DNA of 63,643 nucleotides, the filler included, from Octopus bimaculoides (lineage: Eukaryota), in assembly GCF_001194135.2 (NCBI RefSeq). It is 6 parts of 6 records of this genome, joined end to end, with 100 filler letters (N's around TTAATTAATTAA, not from the genome) between each part and the next. Parts side by side here need not be neighbours in the genome. Positions count along the whole stretch, not along the records: positions 24,474 to 55,538 come from NC_068999.1; 5 more parts are not named here. One strand, 5' to 3'. Below the pieces are notes generated by a model. That model was not told the DNA's origin, did not search any database, and saw only the letters and a program-made list of their open reading frames with translations. Position 1 is the stretch's first letter. Each line of letters starts with the position of its first letter. The translations under genes and the position numbers were made by a program. Positions 39,901-54,400 of this stretch are shown here, one piece after another.

Positions 39901-42060
39901 AACTCCAGCTACTGGACCAAGCAGCATTCAATGAAAAGCTGGATTCTTTGGCTGTGAGTTACTTTAAACATTTTGTTTCTTTTCATTTAGGGTCATTAAT
40001 TAGTTGATTAACTGTAAATTTATTAATGTTAAATGGTTGTTGAGTTTATTGTTAAATAGATTGTTTAGTGGTTTATTTGAATATAATTGGTAAATTACAG
40101 CTATGATCATTATCTGGTGGTAAACTGTTCATATCTTTCAGTAGATCTCAGAGAGCACCACATCACATTCCTCTTTTATGACCTCAGCTTTCCTTACAAT
40201 GGGGATTATTGAAATAATTTATGTAGAACTAAATTGTGTTGCTGTAAACAAATGAAAAAAGAAATTTTATTTCAGGGGATCAGAAACTTCCATTTGATTT
40301 AGTGCCAAATCTCTTGTTGGGAAAACCAAAATCACTATCATCAAAAGAAAAAAAAAAAAAGATTAATAAAAAACAAATTCTTGCTACACAAAACTTCTGT
40401 TTCATTTAATGGCGTCTTTGGCCTGCATGCAGATAAAGTAAACTGGAATATTGAGGAACAGATCCTGTTAGCTTTTGCTCGAAGGTCACCATGCTTACAA
40501 ATACTGAGATTTTACTATATATCTGTAATAGTACTTATTAAAGGCATATTCAACCAAGTCTCTTGTTGAGAAGGGTAAAAAAAAACACTTACTGGGATTG
40601 GGTATCATATCACAACAAACCCATTTTTCAAATGTCAATAATTGATTAGTCCTAAATGGGAGTAAGGCTGAAGGGATAGCTTTTGTAAACTGTTAATTTG
40701 TGATTACCCTTATAGTTGTGTCTATTGGTATTTTGTTTGATATATATCTAGTGACAGGGTAGGTAGTGTGAGCATACTTGTTGCAGAGAAATGGGTTCAT
40801 ACGGTCATAGAGGTAGTCAGACTGTGTGATTGAACACTTAAGCTCAGGCTAGTTTTGTAGCATAGTACAGCAACAATTATTTCTGCCTGTACCTCCCGGA
40901 TGGGTCTACCAAATGAGCAAAAGATCTGCTTTTATGATATTCTTCTGCAGGCTATCTCAAAGACAAATGACAATGACCTCATCTTCATGGTTGGTGATTT
41001 CAATGGAGATGTTGGGCAAGTATCTTCCATAGTGTACATGGGAGCCATAGAATTAGTTTCTGAAATAAAAGAGGGATCAAGGTTACTGGAGTTCTGTGAT
41101 GCAAATAATCCAATGATATTATCTTCCTGGTGAAGCAACTTGACCAAAAATAAACCTCTGTATCTGTCTTTTGTTGATAGGAAGAAAGCTTTTGACAAAG
41201 TCCCCTGTACCCTTATCTGGTTGGCAATGCAGAAAATGGGAAAATGTAACAAAATGCATTTCTGAAAATGATTGTTTGTATTTCAGATGATAGCAGCTTC
41301 AATGCAATCTTACACAGATGTTAACAAAGCTCATGAAATTGCTAATGAAGCACGTCGTATTAGTAAACAGATGAAAGATGCTCAGCAATTAGCACAGGTT
41401 TACAACAACAGAGAACGTTTGTTTAAATTACCCACAACTCAGGTAAGTCAGTTATATTTATAAATATGATAAGATAAGATATAATATATAGAGGGAGATG
41501 AAATACAGGGAAACATTAGCATTTACTTCAAGTACAAGAAGTGTATACTGATGTCTTATGAAAATGAAGAAGTGATTGACATTTCAGATGAAGTGTTTCT
41601 TTGGAGGATATCTTTTACTTGTTTCAGTCATTGGACTGCAGCCATACTGCGACACTGTCTTGTGTTTAGCTGAACTGCGTCACTCCAGTATTTATTTTCT
41701 TTGTTAAACCTAGCACTTATTCTATCAGCCTCATTTTCCCTAACCATTAAGTTACAGGGATGTAAACAAACCAACACCAGTTTTCAAGTAGTGATGGGGG
41801 ATAAACACAGACATAATATAAAATAATATAATTTGGTTACATATTCACTATAAAAAATTTAGCTGCTACCACCCACAGAATGAAGGAACTATAATAAAAA
41901 CTGTGTTTTATCTCCCTGGGAATTGTCACCGTTTTGCTAATCTTGAGTGTTCTCTTAAAAGACTGAACAATATTTTACTCTAAATGTCTGAGATGACCTG
42001 TTAATATATATATAATTTTATGGGTTATTGACCTTATCTGAGAGGCAAAAAGCAGTTTCA

Positions 42061-42137
<77 letters not shown>

Positions 42138-45100
42138 ACACTAGGTAAACAGTGATATCAATATAAATATTAACAGCATTTTTAACCCCTCCATTTGATG
42201 TTAATAGTCTACAGCTAAGGCTAAAACGTTGCAGAATCAATGATATTGAATGAAGTGCTTTGTGGGATTTATTCCAACACCTCGTGTTTTAAATTCAAAT
42301 CCTGCTGTGATTAACTTTTACCTTTCATTCTTCTTGAGCTGATAAAGTATCTGATTGGCAGAATTGTTAGTGTCAGAAGAAATGCCTCCTGGTATTTGTT
42401 CCAGGTGCCTTTAGCAGAGTTGCTCTATTGTAGCTATTGAGACTGGGTCTCTAATTTCAGGATTCCTTCTTCCTTTCATTTCTATCTGTATCATAAGGCT
42501 CAGAGGCCCTAAAAAGACAGAATCATGGGCACTGCCCTTCCTGACTGAAAGATAAAACTGTTTGAAAAATTATTGTAATTGTTTACTCTATTACAAAATA
42601 TAGAAGATACTGTATTTATTTTATTTCTTTATTGCCCACAGGGGGATAAACATAGAAGGGACAAATAAGGACAAAGGAATTAAGTTGATTACATCGACCC
42701 CAGTGTGTAACTGGTACTTGTTTAATCGATCTTGAAAGGATGAAGGGCAAAGTTGACCTCAGTGGAATTTGAACTCAGAACGTAAAGACAGACGAAATAC
42801 CAATAAACATTTCGTCCAGCATGCTAACGTTTCTGCCAGTTGTTAAAAATTATGCAATGGAATAATAATATTGTTTAAATTTCATCACCATCATCATCAT
42901 TCAACATCCATTGTCCATGTGGTATGGATTGGATGGTTTGATCATGGATTGGTAAGCTGAGGGCTGCACCAGACTCCAGTCTGATTTGGCATGGTTTCTA
43001 AGGCTGGTTGCCCTTTCTAACGCCAACCACTCACAGAGTGTAATAGGTGCTCTTCTCTCATGCATTGTCCACATTTAGCATCCTTTCATAGTGACACTTC
43101 CATGCATCTTTCTTTTCAGAACCACCAAATGCAAGTGTACCATCATCCATGTGTCATATTTCTCTCTCATGACATCATGATTTTCTCTAATACACTGTTT
43201 TGCAATCCAGAACATCTGTTTTTCATGCCACAGATCATTGGCAAACCTTTTCCTTTCTGCTTTTCTCCTCGCTAGATAGACCTGTTCTGTAACTTCAAGC
43301 AACCTGCTATATTTCTCAACTAATCCCATTCTTCAAACTCTTTCAAGCTTGTTCCTTTGCTTCTACGGCTCTGTCAATTCCACTGTTCCAACACCATGTC
43401 TCTTTTGGTCTTGCTAGCACTTTGCACCAGCCACAGATTTGGTTTGTACTCCTCAATAGGTTGTTCTGAAAGAACTTCTAGTTCTCCTCTACATCTTAAG
43501 TCTCTATCTCCTCCTCCTCCTTCTCATCAAATGCTTCAACTGGTAATTCTCTAGATTTCGGACTTTCCACTGAACTTCCTTTTCAAGTCTGGTTTGCATC
43601 TCAAAGTCCTTTTAGCTCTAAGTCTGAAGTTACTAGATACTACCTTATGTTGGGTTATAAATTTCCCACCTGGGAAGGACTTTGCATTCACAAACATCTA
43701 TCCTGTTTTCTGGTGAGGATGTCATCAATCTAGCTTGTGTGTCCACTAAATTGATAGGTGATTAGGTGAATGGCAGGTTTTTGACATTTGTGTTGTAGAT
43801 CATCAGGTTATTTGTATCACAGAACTCTAAGAGCCTTGCTTCTCTCCTCATTTCTGGGACCAAAGACATAGCCTGGAATCCTTTGGGTTGCTGTCCAACT
43901 TCTTCATTTAAGTCACTAACCACAAATGTAGGCCACTATCATTTGTCATCAACGTGATCTGCAAAAAGGTTTCATTTCATTGATCTTTTACTTCATCTGC
44001 CAATCCTGATTGAAGATCATATTGTATTTTTCAAGATGAGTGCAAATTCAATCATTCTATCTGACTAACTTGATTACCTTATCTCTCCATTTCTCTGCCA
44101 AGATTATGCTAACACCTCCCACACTATCACTATTGCTCACTCAGAATATTTTATATCTTTGTTCATCAATTGTGCAGCGAATTCTGATTGAGGATCACCT
44201 CATGTTACCTCTTGCACCCAGCACAGACATTTCTCCCCCAAACCTACTTTCCATTGTGCTTACATGGATTGTGGCTGTTCTCAGGTTTTGCACTCATTGG
44301 GAAGAGTGAGGTAATAGAATTCTGAAAAGAAGGCTTGTGCAAATGTTTGCCTTGAAGTAGAGTGGTATTGCACCACATCATCATCATCATTTAACTTCTG
44401 TTTTCCATGCTGGCATGATTTGGATGTTTGGACAGGAGCTGGCATGGTAGGAGAGCTGCTCAAGCTCTATGCCTGTATTGGTATGATTTCTATGACTGGA
44501 TGCCCTTACTATCATAAACCACTTTAAAGAGTGTGGACTGGATGCTTTTATGCTGGACTGTCATGGATGTTTTTATGTAGCATCAGCACCCATGGGCCCA
44601 CAAGATTATGATTGCTCAGCTGAAGAGTGATTTAGGAGACATGCTTCTGTGCAAGGGCAACCATGATTTTACTTAGTTTGATGCACCTTCTCAAGCACAG
44701 CAAACCACCAGAAGTCTTTGTCTCTTGTCGTGAGGCCCAATGTCTGAAGATCTTTTCTTACCACTTTGTCCCACATCTTCTTGGGTCTACCCTTTCAACA
44801 TATTCCCTCTGCAATTAAAGATCTACACTCCATGATGTAGCTATCTTCATTCATACACATTACATGGGTGTGCCAGTTCAGTTTTCTCTCTTGCATGCTA
44901 CATCTGATGCCTCGTATACATGCACACTGCCATTAGCCATCCAGTGAAACATACTGGCTTCATTTCTTTCAAGCCTTCACATATCCTCAGTAGTCATAGC
45001 CCATATCTCACTGCCATGTAGCATAGCTGTTTCTACACAGGCACTATACTATCTGCCTTTCACTCTGTGGGAGGAGCCCTTCGTTACCAAAAGAAGTAGT

Positions 45101-45420
45101 GGCTCTCATCGAAATAATTACTAAAAGTATTACCACTCGATGAATTACCATATTCCTGAAATCCTCTGGTCGAGGTAAGAAGAAAAATTTAGTATAAAGT
45201 GTGACAGGAGGAATGCTACTGCTTATTGGTTGAGGTTGGGAGGGGAAAAGAGGAGGAAAAATACAGGAGCTAAAACGATGTGGTCTCTCTTTGGCCTTGC
45301 TATTTTTATTAATACTGAAGAGAAACTTCACTTAATTTGGGTATTTTTATACTTAATGCTTTACAAAAGCTTAAAAATTAGTAACAAAAACTTTAAGAGA
45401 TCAAAGAAAAATATTCAAGT

Positions 45421-45473
<53 letters not shown>

Positions 45474-48400
45474 CGCGCGCGCGCACACACACACACACAC
45501 ACACTCTATCTACTGTCTCAGTAACGAGTATGAGCATTGCTTGTTAATGATTCACAAAGCAAAAATTAGTTTTTAGGCTTGCAGCTTTTAATCTAATTAT
45601 CATGTAATTGTCTTTGTTAAATGCGGAATCATGACACTTGGTTTTGTGTATTGACATGTGTCTTTGAAACCATCAATACAAGGACATTTCTTATATGAGT
45701 GGCAAACATATGTGCTTTCTAGTGGTTGAGGATCTACTACTAGCTTGTTTTCATTCATGTAACCATGAGTGGGTAAAAAGAGAAGGGAGATTACTATGTG
45801 CCCATGACCCAGAGATCAAAGTGTGTTGATCATTCTTCCAGATATTCTTTTTTGATGTCTTTGTGTGTAGTGGTAGCACCATCCCATATGTAAAAGTATT
45901 TTATTGAGAGACTCACATAAATTTTGTAGGTAGTCAGCATTTGTTCGAAGCTGAAGTACTCTCTAAAGAAGAAGTTTTAGTCTTTTAAAGAAGCAGTTTT
46001 TGCTATGTTGTGAATGTAACGTCACCAGTAGAGGTTATAAATGATGACAAGGCTTAGTTTTTGTGTTGACTTTGAGGATTTTAATTGCTTCTCTATTTCA
46101 TATGTGTAGTGTCTCTTTGTGCTGTTGAAGGAAACAAGATTGTCATATTTCCATTGGAGAATATTTGGGGGATCTTTATTTGTGGAAGAAATAATGCATG
46201 TTTGATTTATCATGTTTCGATTGCTTGTGGATGTCATCTGTATGTGAAAGAGTGAAGAGTGGTATCACCTGTATAGCATAAATAAACCTTGTCTATTATT
46301 ATTACTTCCAGTTCCCATTTATTTATCTTTTTGTCGCAGACAGGGTTTTGTTTTGTAATTAAATACATCACTGATACAGTTGATCTAAGATGAAAATAGG
46401 AAGAGTATTTAGCCATAAAAACCATGCTAAAAAACATCATGTACAATAACAGGGATTGGCTGTGCATATTTATCACAAACCAGGTAACAAAGGATTGACA
46501 AAGATTCATTAAATTCATCCAGCATGGAAGAAAAGGACAGTGTGGTGATGATGAACGATGATGATCCTACCATTTATCATAAATGTTGTCATTTATAAAT
46601 GTATGAGCTCTCTAAAATTCAGCTTGATATTTAATTTTATTACTGACATGCTGTCTTTGGAATTATATTTCAATGTATTTTTATGCTTGGTTAATTTAAA
46701 TATTTCGAATTAAGGATGTAATCTGTCTTCTTATTTTCTTAGTGTACTTAATGAAGTCACTGAAAGTTTTTCAGGAAAAACTGTAATGAGTTCCAATAAT
46801 ATCCTTATACATTCTCTAATTCTATTTTTAGTATGATAAACTTCATCTGATGGTAAAAGAATTTGAACCATTTCGCAGCCTTTGGATTACAGCATCTGAC
46901 TGGCAGAGATGGCATGAGAGCTGGCTGAATGATCCACTGCTGTCTATCAGTGCTGAAGATGTTGAAAAGAATGTTCTGGATTCTTATAAAATTATGCATA
47001 AATCAGTTAGAATATTTCAAGACAGTCCTGGTATGTAATTTTAATTCTCTTTATATGTTCATTTAGTTCAAAACTTTGTAGTCATGACCAAACTGAAGTT
47101 CTGCTACCCCTCTTGATTTATCAATCATTTATTTGAAGTTTTGACTTGACAATATTGAAATTATTAAAAGCTGATTAGAATTGGTAAAAACAGCTGATGT
47201 TGAAGCTTGCATTAGTTGTAATATTAAGTAATGAAGATACTGTGATATAGTATGGCAAATAGTAGATAAGATACTATGTGATATAGTAATATTAAGTAAA
47301 GAAGATACTATGTGATATAGTATGGCAAATAGTAGATAAGATACTACATTAAATAACAGAAAAGCAAAGTTGTACAAAGTGATTCAGAAGTCCTTTCATA
47401 ATTTAAATTATATGTAATTTATCTATTAGGCATGATTGAAACAGCATTAAATTAAAAATTTTATTTCTTTCATACATAACACATATATATATATATATAT
47501 AGTGTTGTTGGCTTTATGCAAGAGAGAAGTACCACTGATGCTATTTTCCTATTGATGCAGCTGTAGGAGAAATATTCAGCTGAAAGTAAACCATTGTATT
47601 TGGTATTCATTAACCTGGAGAAAGTCTTTAACAGTGTCCCTTCTTTTGTGATTTGCTGGTGGTCCTGGAACAAGCTAGGGGAGATGAATGGTTTGTGAAA
47701 TCCATATCAACCATATGCAGGGTTACTATCAGTAAGATGAGAGTTAATCATGAGATCCCCAATGAATTTAGAGTATAGGTAGGAGATCATGAAGGCTCAG
47801 TTTTCAGTCTGCTTCTATTCATCATTTGTGTTCCAGGTCATAACAGAGGAATTTAAGACCATCTGCGCTTGGAAGCAATTATATTATGGTCTCTGCCTAT
47901 GCTCCACAGGCAGTGCTGGCTGATGACCAGAAGGACTAATTCTACGAGGTCCTCCTGCAGACTACCTCAGTGACAAGTGACAGTAACTTGGTAATTGTTG
48001 CTGGTGACTTTAATGGATATGTTGGGTAGCGGTCTCATGGATTCCATGGAGTGCATGGTGGTTATGGCTTTGGCCCTAGAAATGAGGAGGGAACAAAACT
48101 ACTGGAGTTCTGTGATGCAAATGATCTAATGATCTGCAACACTAACTTCAGAAAATCAGCCAGCTTCCTAATCATTTCTCAGTCTGGTAGGCAAATAAAC
48201 CAGATCGTTTACCTCCTCACCAGGCAATGAGATAGGCAGAGGCTCACAAATGTAAAGTCTTTCTCAAGTGAAGAGTGTACACCCCAACATAGGCTACTTG
48301 TTTGTGACTCTAGAATTAGGTCTAGAAAGGCTTGGAGAAATAAGCCACACTTGACAAGAAAATTATGGAAGCTCAAGGACCCAGCAAGTCATCAAGAATT

Positions 48401-51400
48401 TAGAGATATTCTAGTGGAAGCCTCTGACGAAAGAAAAGAGGAGGTAGGAGCATATAGCTCAGAGGACAATTAAAAGTTCCTGTGGGACAATCTACTGAGG
48501 GCTGCAGAGCAAATCTGTGGCTGGTGCAAAATCCCAATGAGGCCAAGGTTGGCATAGTGGTGGAACAAGGAGATGGTCAGTACCATAAAAACAAAGAGAC
48601 AGGCTTGGAAAGACTGGAAAAAGGGGGGAAGAAGAGAAGTATATAGGGTAGCCAGAAGGGAAGCTAAGTGACAGGTTTAAATAGCAGAAGGTAAATGATT
48701 TGCCAATGTTCTTCTGCGGGAGGATCAGAGGCGTGAGGTATGCCAGATTGCAAAGCAGTGTGTCAGGGAGAATAGAGATGTGGTGGGTGAGAAATATGTG
48801 TGAATGGATAATGGTGTGCTTGCACTTAGTGCTCCAGAGAAGAAAGATACATGTAAGTGTCACTATGACAGATTAGTAAATGCAGAGGAACATAAGTACA
48901 AAGAGCACACGGGACTTAGATTCTCTTAAATATCCAGGAGGCTCTCTCAAGGTAGTAGATAGTTTCTGTTACCTAGGTGACCAAATTAGCATTGGGGGTG
49001 GATGCTCTGAAAGTATTGTTTCTAGAATACGAATAGGATGGAAAAAGTTCAGAGAGCTGTTGACTGCAAAAGAACTGTCTCAGATTGAAAGGTAGATTGT
49101 ATGACGCTTGTGTATGAACAGCTATACTCTATGGTAGTGAAACATGGGCTCTGAATGCAGAGGACATGCATAGACTGGAGAGAAATAAAGGCAGTATGCT
49201 CTGTTGGATGTGCAGCATCAATGTGCATTAATGACAAAGTGCAAATGTTCTGAGAAAAAAGTTGGGCATAAGAGGAATCAAATGCAGCATGCAAGAGAGG
49301 AGATTATTACGTTGGTTTGGACATGTGATGTGTATGAATGAAGATAGCTGAATAAAGAAGTGCTGGTCACTGAAAGTGGATGGCACCTGTGGAAGAGGGA
49401 TACCCGGAAAGACATGAGATGAAGTAGTGAAGACTTATCTAAAGATGCTGGGGCTCACAGAGGAAATGACACTGGACTGAGATGTCCAGCGATATGAGGT
49501 TCTAGAGAAGACCCATCCATATCAGCAAACCTGAGTAGGAGATGCATTGTGTCCCACCCACATATAACAATAAAACTTTTACATACCCTACCCCAACAAA
49601 CCAAGCTACATCACCCCCCCCCCACTTCCTAAACTGTTTCTCTTCTCTTCATTACATTTCCTCTTCATACACTATGATTATCTCCCAGTCCCTAATCTAG
49701 TCCTCACTACCCTGCTCACTGTATCATTGCTGTCTCATACTCTCAATTACCTCTGTCGGCAATAAAATGTTTCTTTCTCAGAGTGAAAGGCAGATCGTAT
49801 GATGCTTGTATGATGCTTGTATGATGCTTGTATGAGAACAGCAATACTAAATAGTAGTGAGACACGTGCCCTAAATGCTGAAGACATGTGAAGACTAGAG
49901 AGGAATGAAGCTGGTATATTCCACTGGATGTGCAATGTCTGTGCATGTACAACATAATGTTAATATATTGAGAGATGTGGTGCAAGAGAGAAGACTGCTT
50001 TGGTTTGGTCATGTGATGCATGAAGAAGTACAGGTTGTTTAAAGTGGTTAGAACTTGAGGAAGAGGGAGATGCAGAAAGATACAAAACGAGTAGTGAAGG
50101 CCGATCTCAAGATACTGAAGCTCATGGAGGAAAAAAGGGATTGGCAAGTCACTGTATTCAAGAATACCCATCCAAAACTGCAAAAATTATGTCCTAAACA
50201 ACTTTTGCTTATGCTTCTAAGTACTGGGCTATTCCCCTGCACCCAATTTTCTCCATGAAGCATTTCCCTCATCTCATTCCCCACTTCTCCTAACAACCAT
50301 CATTTCCATCACTTCTCAGTTGGTGGCCCAGCATGGCTGCTGTAATTACTTAAAATAAGAACTGGCACATTTATGTGATGCCTGTACATTGGTGACATTT
50401 ATTACAGAGTGTTTGTCTTTGATTGTTAAAATATGTTTAATTATTCAACAAAATCTTGACTTCCTCCTGCAAGACAATAAGGAATCAAACAAATTAACTT
50501 GGTATACTCTTAAAAATACTTACTAACCTTGCGGATGAAGTATAATTACGTTATTTGGCATAGTGTCATCAAACATCTGAATATAAACTATCATTCTGTC
50601 GTATGTATTTGAAATTTTAAACTTTTTGATTCTTTACTTTCAGTTGTTCAAGAAGTTGCCATAATTATAAAAGGCCAGATTGAAGAATTTAGACCTTTTA
50701 TTCCACTGTTTCAAGGACTTAGAAATCCAGGGATGAGAAATCGACATTGGGATCAGGTATGCATTGTAATCATTATCATTGGATAGGTTAAATGAGTTTG
50801 CATTATAGCATCTTTCTCCGAGTCTTCATCTTATGCTTTCTCAACTATGAAGTTCAAAATCTGACTTAATTACTTCTCAAATCTTCTTTGTCTTCTTCTG
50901 CTATATGTATTTTACTCTTTTTTTACAATCAGTAGGTATCTTCCATTTATCTTCCATACAAGTGTAATGTACATTTCAGGTAATGCTTCTGATAGCTCAT
51001 TGGCAGAAACATAAAATAACACACCTAAAAGCTGACACCTTTGCTTGATTTTCCAAAAGCACTTCAGATCCTCTCTTAACTGCTTTTATTTCACTGCAGT
51101 ATCATGCTTCCTACACATGTCTCCTATAATATGCTTGTACAGGAAACAAAACCAATTTTCTGCATGGCAGTTCTCTGGGGTTATTCATTCTCTCATCACT
51201 AGAATCAGTTTTACTATTAATTATCTTATAAATATCAGGTCATTAAGAATGAAATGCCCAATTTTCTTATGCACCAAGTTTAACAGTTGTTAACTCTAAT
51301 ATTTTATCTTGACAATTCTTTGTTTTACAACATTGAAAAGTTACATCATCACTTTTTGAAATGCAATTCATGATGTCTGATTATATTGTGAGTTTTCTCT

Positions 51401-54400
51401 TGTAAATCAATTTTTATGAAACCATGGATAGATCAAAATTTGTGTTGTTTATGAATATGAGTTCCATCATAGAACTAATGCATTCCAGACAGCTCAAAAC
51501 ATCAAAGTGGTGTCTGGTGAAGATGTGGTGAATGAGGGCACTAGACATCGATGGTTTGAGAAGTTCTGGTCTGGTGACTTTACTCTTGAAAATCAGCCCC
51601 GTGGTAGACCTGAGACCAAGGTGGATAACGAAGAGCTGGAAACACCTCATACTATGTGTGAGTTAGCAGTTTGATGTTTCGATTCCAACTGTATTGGACC
51701 ATCTGAAACAAATCGGCAACGTAAAGGAGCTGGACAAGTGAGTACCACATGAACTGAGCAAGCATCAACTGACACATCATCTTGAAAATTGCTGTTCTTT
51801 ACTGTCACAACATAAAAGTGAACCATTTTGGCATCATATTGTTATGTGTGATATAAAATGGATTCTTTTCAACAATAGCAAGCATTTTGTATGGTAGTTA
51901 GATAGAGATGAAGTGCTAAAACACAATCCAAAATATAATCATCATCATCATCATCGTTTAACGTCCGCTTTCCATGCTAGCATGGGTTGGACGATTTGAC
52001 TGAGGACTGGTGTAACCCGAAGGCTGCACCAGGCTCCAATCTGATTTGGCAGAGTTTCTACAGCTGGATGCCCTTCCTAATGCCAACCACTCCGAGAGTG
52101 TAGTATGTGCTTTTACGTGTCACCTGCACGAAGGCCAGTCAGGCGATACTGGCAATGGCCACGCTCAAAATGGTGTATTTTATGTGCTACCCGCACAAGA
52201 ACCAGTCCAGGGGCACTGGCAACGATCTCGCTCGAAAGTCCTTACATATGCCACGGGCACAAGTGCCAGAAAGATGACGCTGGGCACAGGTGTCATCCCG
52301 ATTTCGCTTTCGTTTGCCCCAATAAGTCTTTCATGTCCAATGAAGGAGACGACATTGGCATGGGTGCCAGTCGTCGAATTTAGTTCGGTTTTGATTTCAC
52401 TTGCCTCAACAAGTCTTCACAAGCGGAGTTTAGTGTCCAATGAAGGATATTTACTGGAAAAAGGCTAATGGTGTCCGTTTGGTGGTCCAGCTCTAGTGTC
52501 ATCCACTACAGCTTCATGAAACCTGGTAAATCAATTACAGCAGATGTATACATCAACCAATTTGTTGAAATGATGAGTGAACTTCTAATTAAACAACCAA
52601 GACTGGTCAATAGAGATATGCAAATTCTCTTGCAAGACAATGCTCGACCACATGTTGCACAAAGAACACTACTCAAGTTACAGGAATTAAACTTGGACAT
52701 ATTCTATCATCCACCATATTCACCAGACGTTGCACTAACTGACTATCACATTTTCTAGGCATTAGACGACTTTTTGCAAGTAAAAAACTTCAAATCTGAT
52801 GCAAAAACAGCCTTTCATGAATTTATCACCTCTTGCTCTCCAGAATTCTTTGCTGCCAGCATTAATAAGCTATCGATAAAATGGCAAAATTGTGTTAATT
52901 TAGGTGCATACTTTAACTGCATTGCTTTTTGTTCTCTGTTTATTTTCATGGAATCAATTTCTACATTTTCTAATCAATTTTAGTTATCTGATGAGCTTGG
53001 TTTTCAAGTGCGACCTAAAAGCAATTTAACTTTTAGTAAATGTCTTGAAATGAAGCTGCAAGACTATATTGAAGTGATTGCTAAAGTTGCTGAAGTAGCA
53101 GGGAAAGAGTATTCAATTGAACAGGTAAGACAAATGTTTGAATTAAATGATTAATGATATGAAGTCATACAATGACTATATTTGAGAAAAAAAAAAAAAT
53201 ATATTGTAACTTATATAGTCTCTTCTTTTATACACACTCACATCATGCACCTACGTTTATATAAACACTTCTATTTATATATGTACTTATCTCTTATTTG
53301 TATGTGTCTTTTCATCTATCTTTTTGTCTGTCTATACATACTTGCGTGATACATACATGAATTCATATATTATCATCGTCATTATCATCATCATCATTGT
53401 CTAATGTCCATTTTCTATGCTGGCATGGATTGGATGGTTTGACATGGAGTTGGCCAGCTGGGAAGTTGTCCAGGCTCTACTCGTCTGTGGTGTCATGCTT
53501 TCTATGCCTGGGTGCCCGTTTTAACATCAACCACCCTACAGAGAGTGCTGGGTACTTTTTGCATGCTGCTGGCACCCGTAAAGGACAAGCCTGTATGGAT
53601 GGATGGCAGTGATTTTACTCAGCTTGATGCTCCTTCTCAACTACAGAAAATCCCCACAACTCCTCCTGGTCCCATTTCCAGTGAAGCCCAACATCTGAAG
53701 ATACTTTCTCACCACTTCGTCCCATGTCTTCCACATGTTCCTCCCACTTTTAAAGTTTGGCACTTTTCTACACTTCTGTCCTCATCCATGTGCATCACAT
53801 GACCAAACCAGTGCAAACCTTGCACTAAATAGATGAAGTAATGACATCAATAAGTAAATTGAATCTTGGTAGGGCACCTGGAAAGGATGGAATTTGTGCT
53901 GAGGTCTTGCGATTTGGTGGTAATTACATCACACAGTCCCTTCATGAACTTATTAGTGCAGTCTGGAGGGATGGTGCAATCCCTAAGGACTGGAAAGATG
54001 CAATTATTCTTCCTCTATATAAAGAAAAAGGAGCCAGAACAATGTGTGGTAACTACAGAGGTATTTCTCTACTATCAGCTGCTGGCAAGGTTCTGGCAAA
54101 TATTCTTCTTACCCGTCTGAATGGGTGTCTCGTAAATGATGTCCTATCTGGATCTCAATGTGGCTTCCGATCTGGTAGAGGGACAATGGATATGATTTTC
54201 ACAGCAAGACAGATGCAGAAGAAGTGCTATGAGCAGAATATGGATCTTGTCCAGGTTTTCATTGATTTAACAAAGACCTTTGATACTGTAAATAGGGCCT
54301 TTCTATGGAAAATACTTGGCAAACTTGGATGTTCAGATCACTTTGTATCTAGAATTAAATCATTTCATGATGGGATGGAGACTTGGGTCAATGTTGGTGG

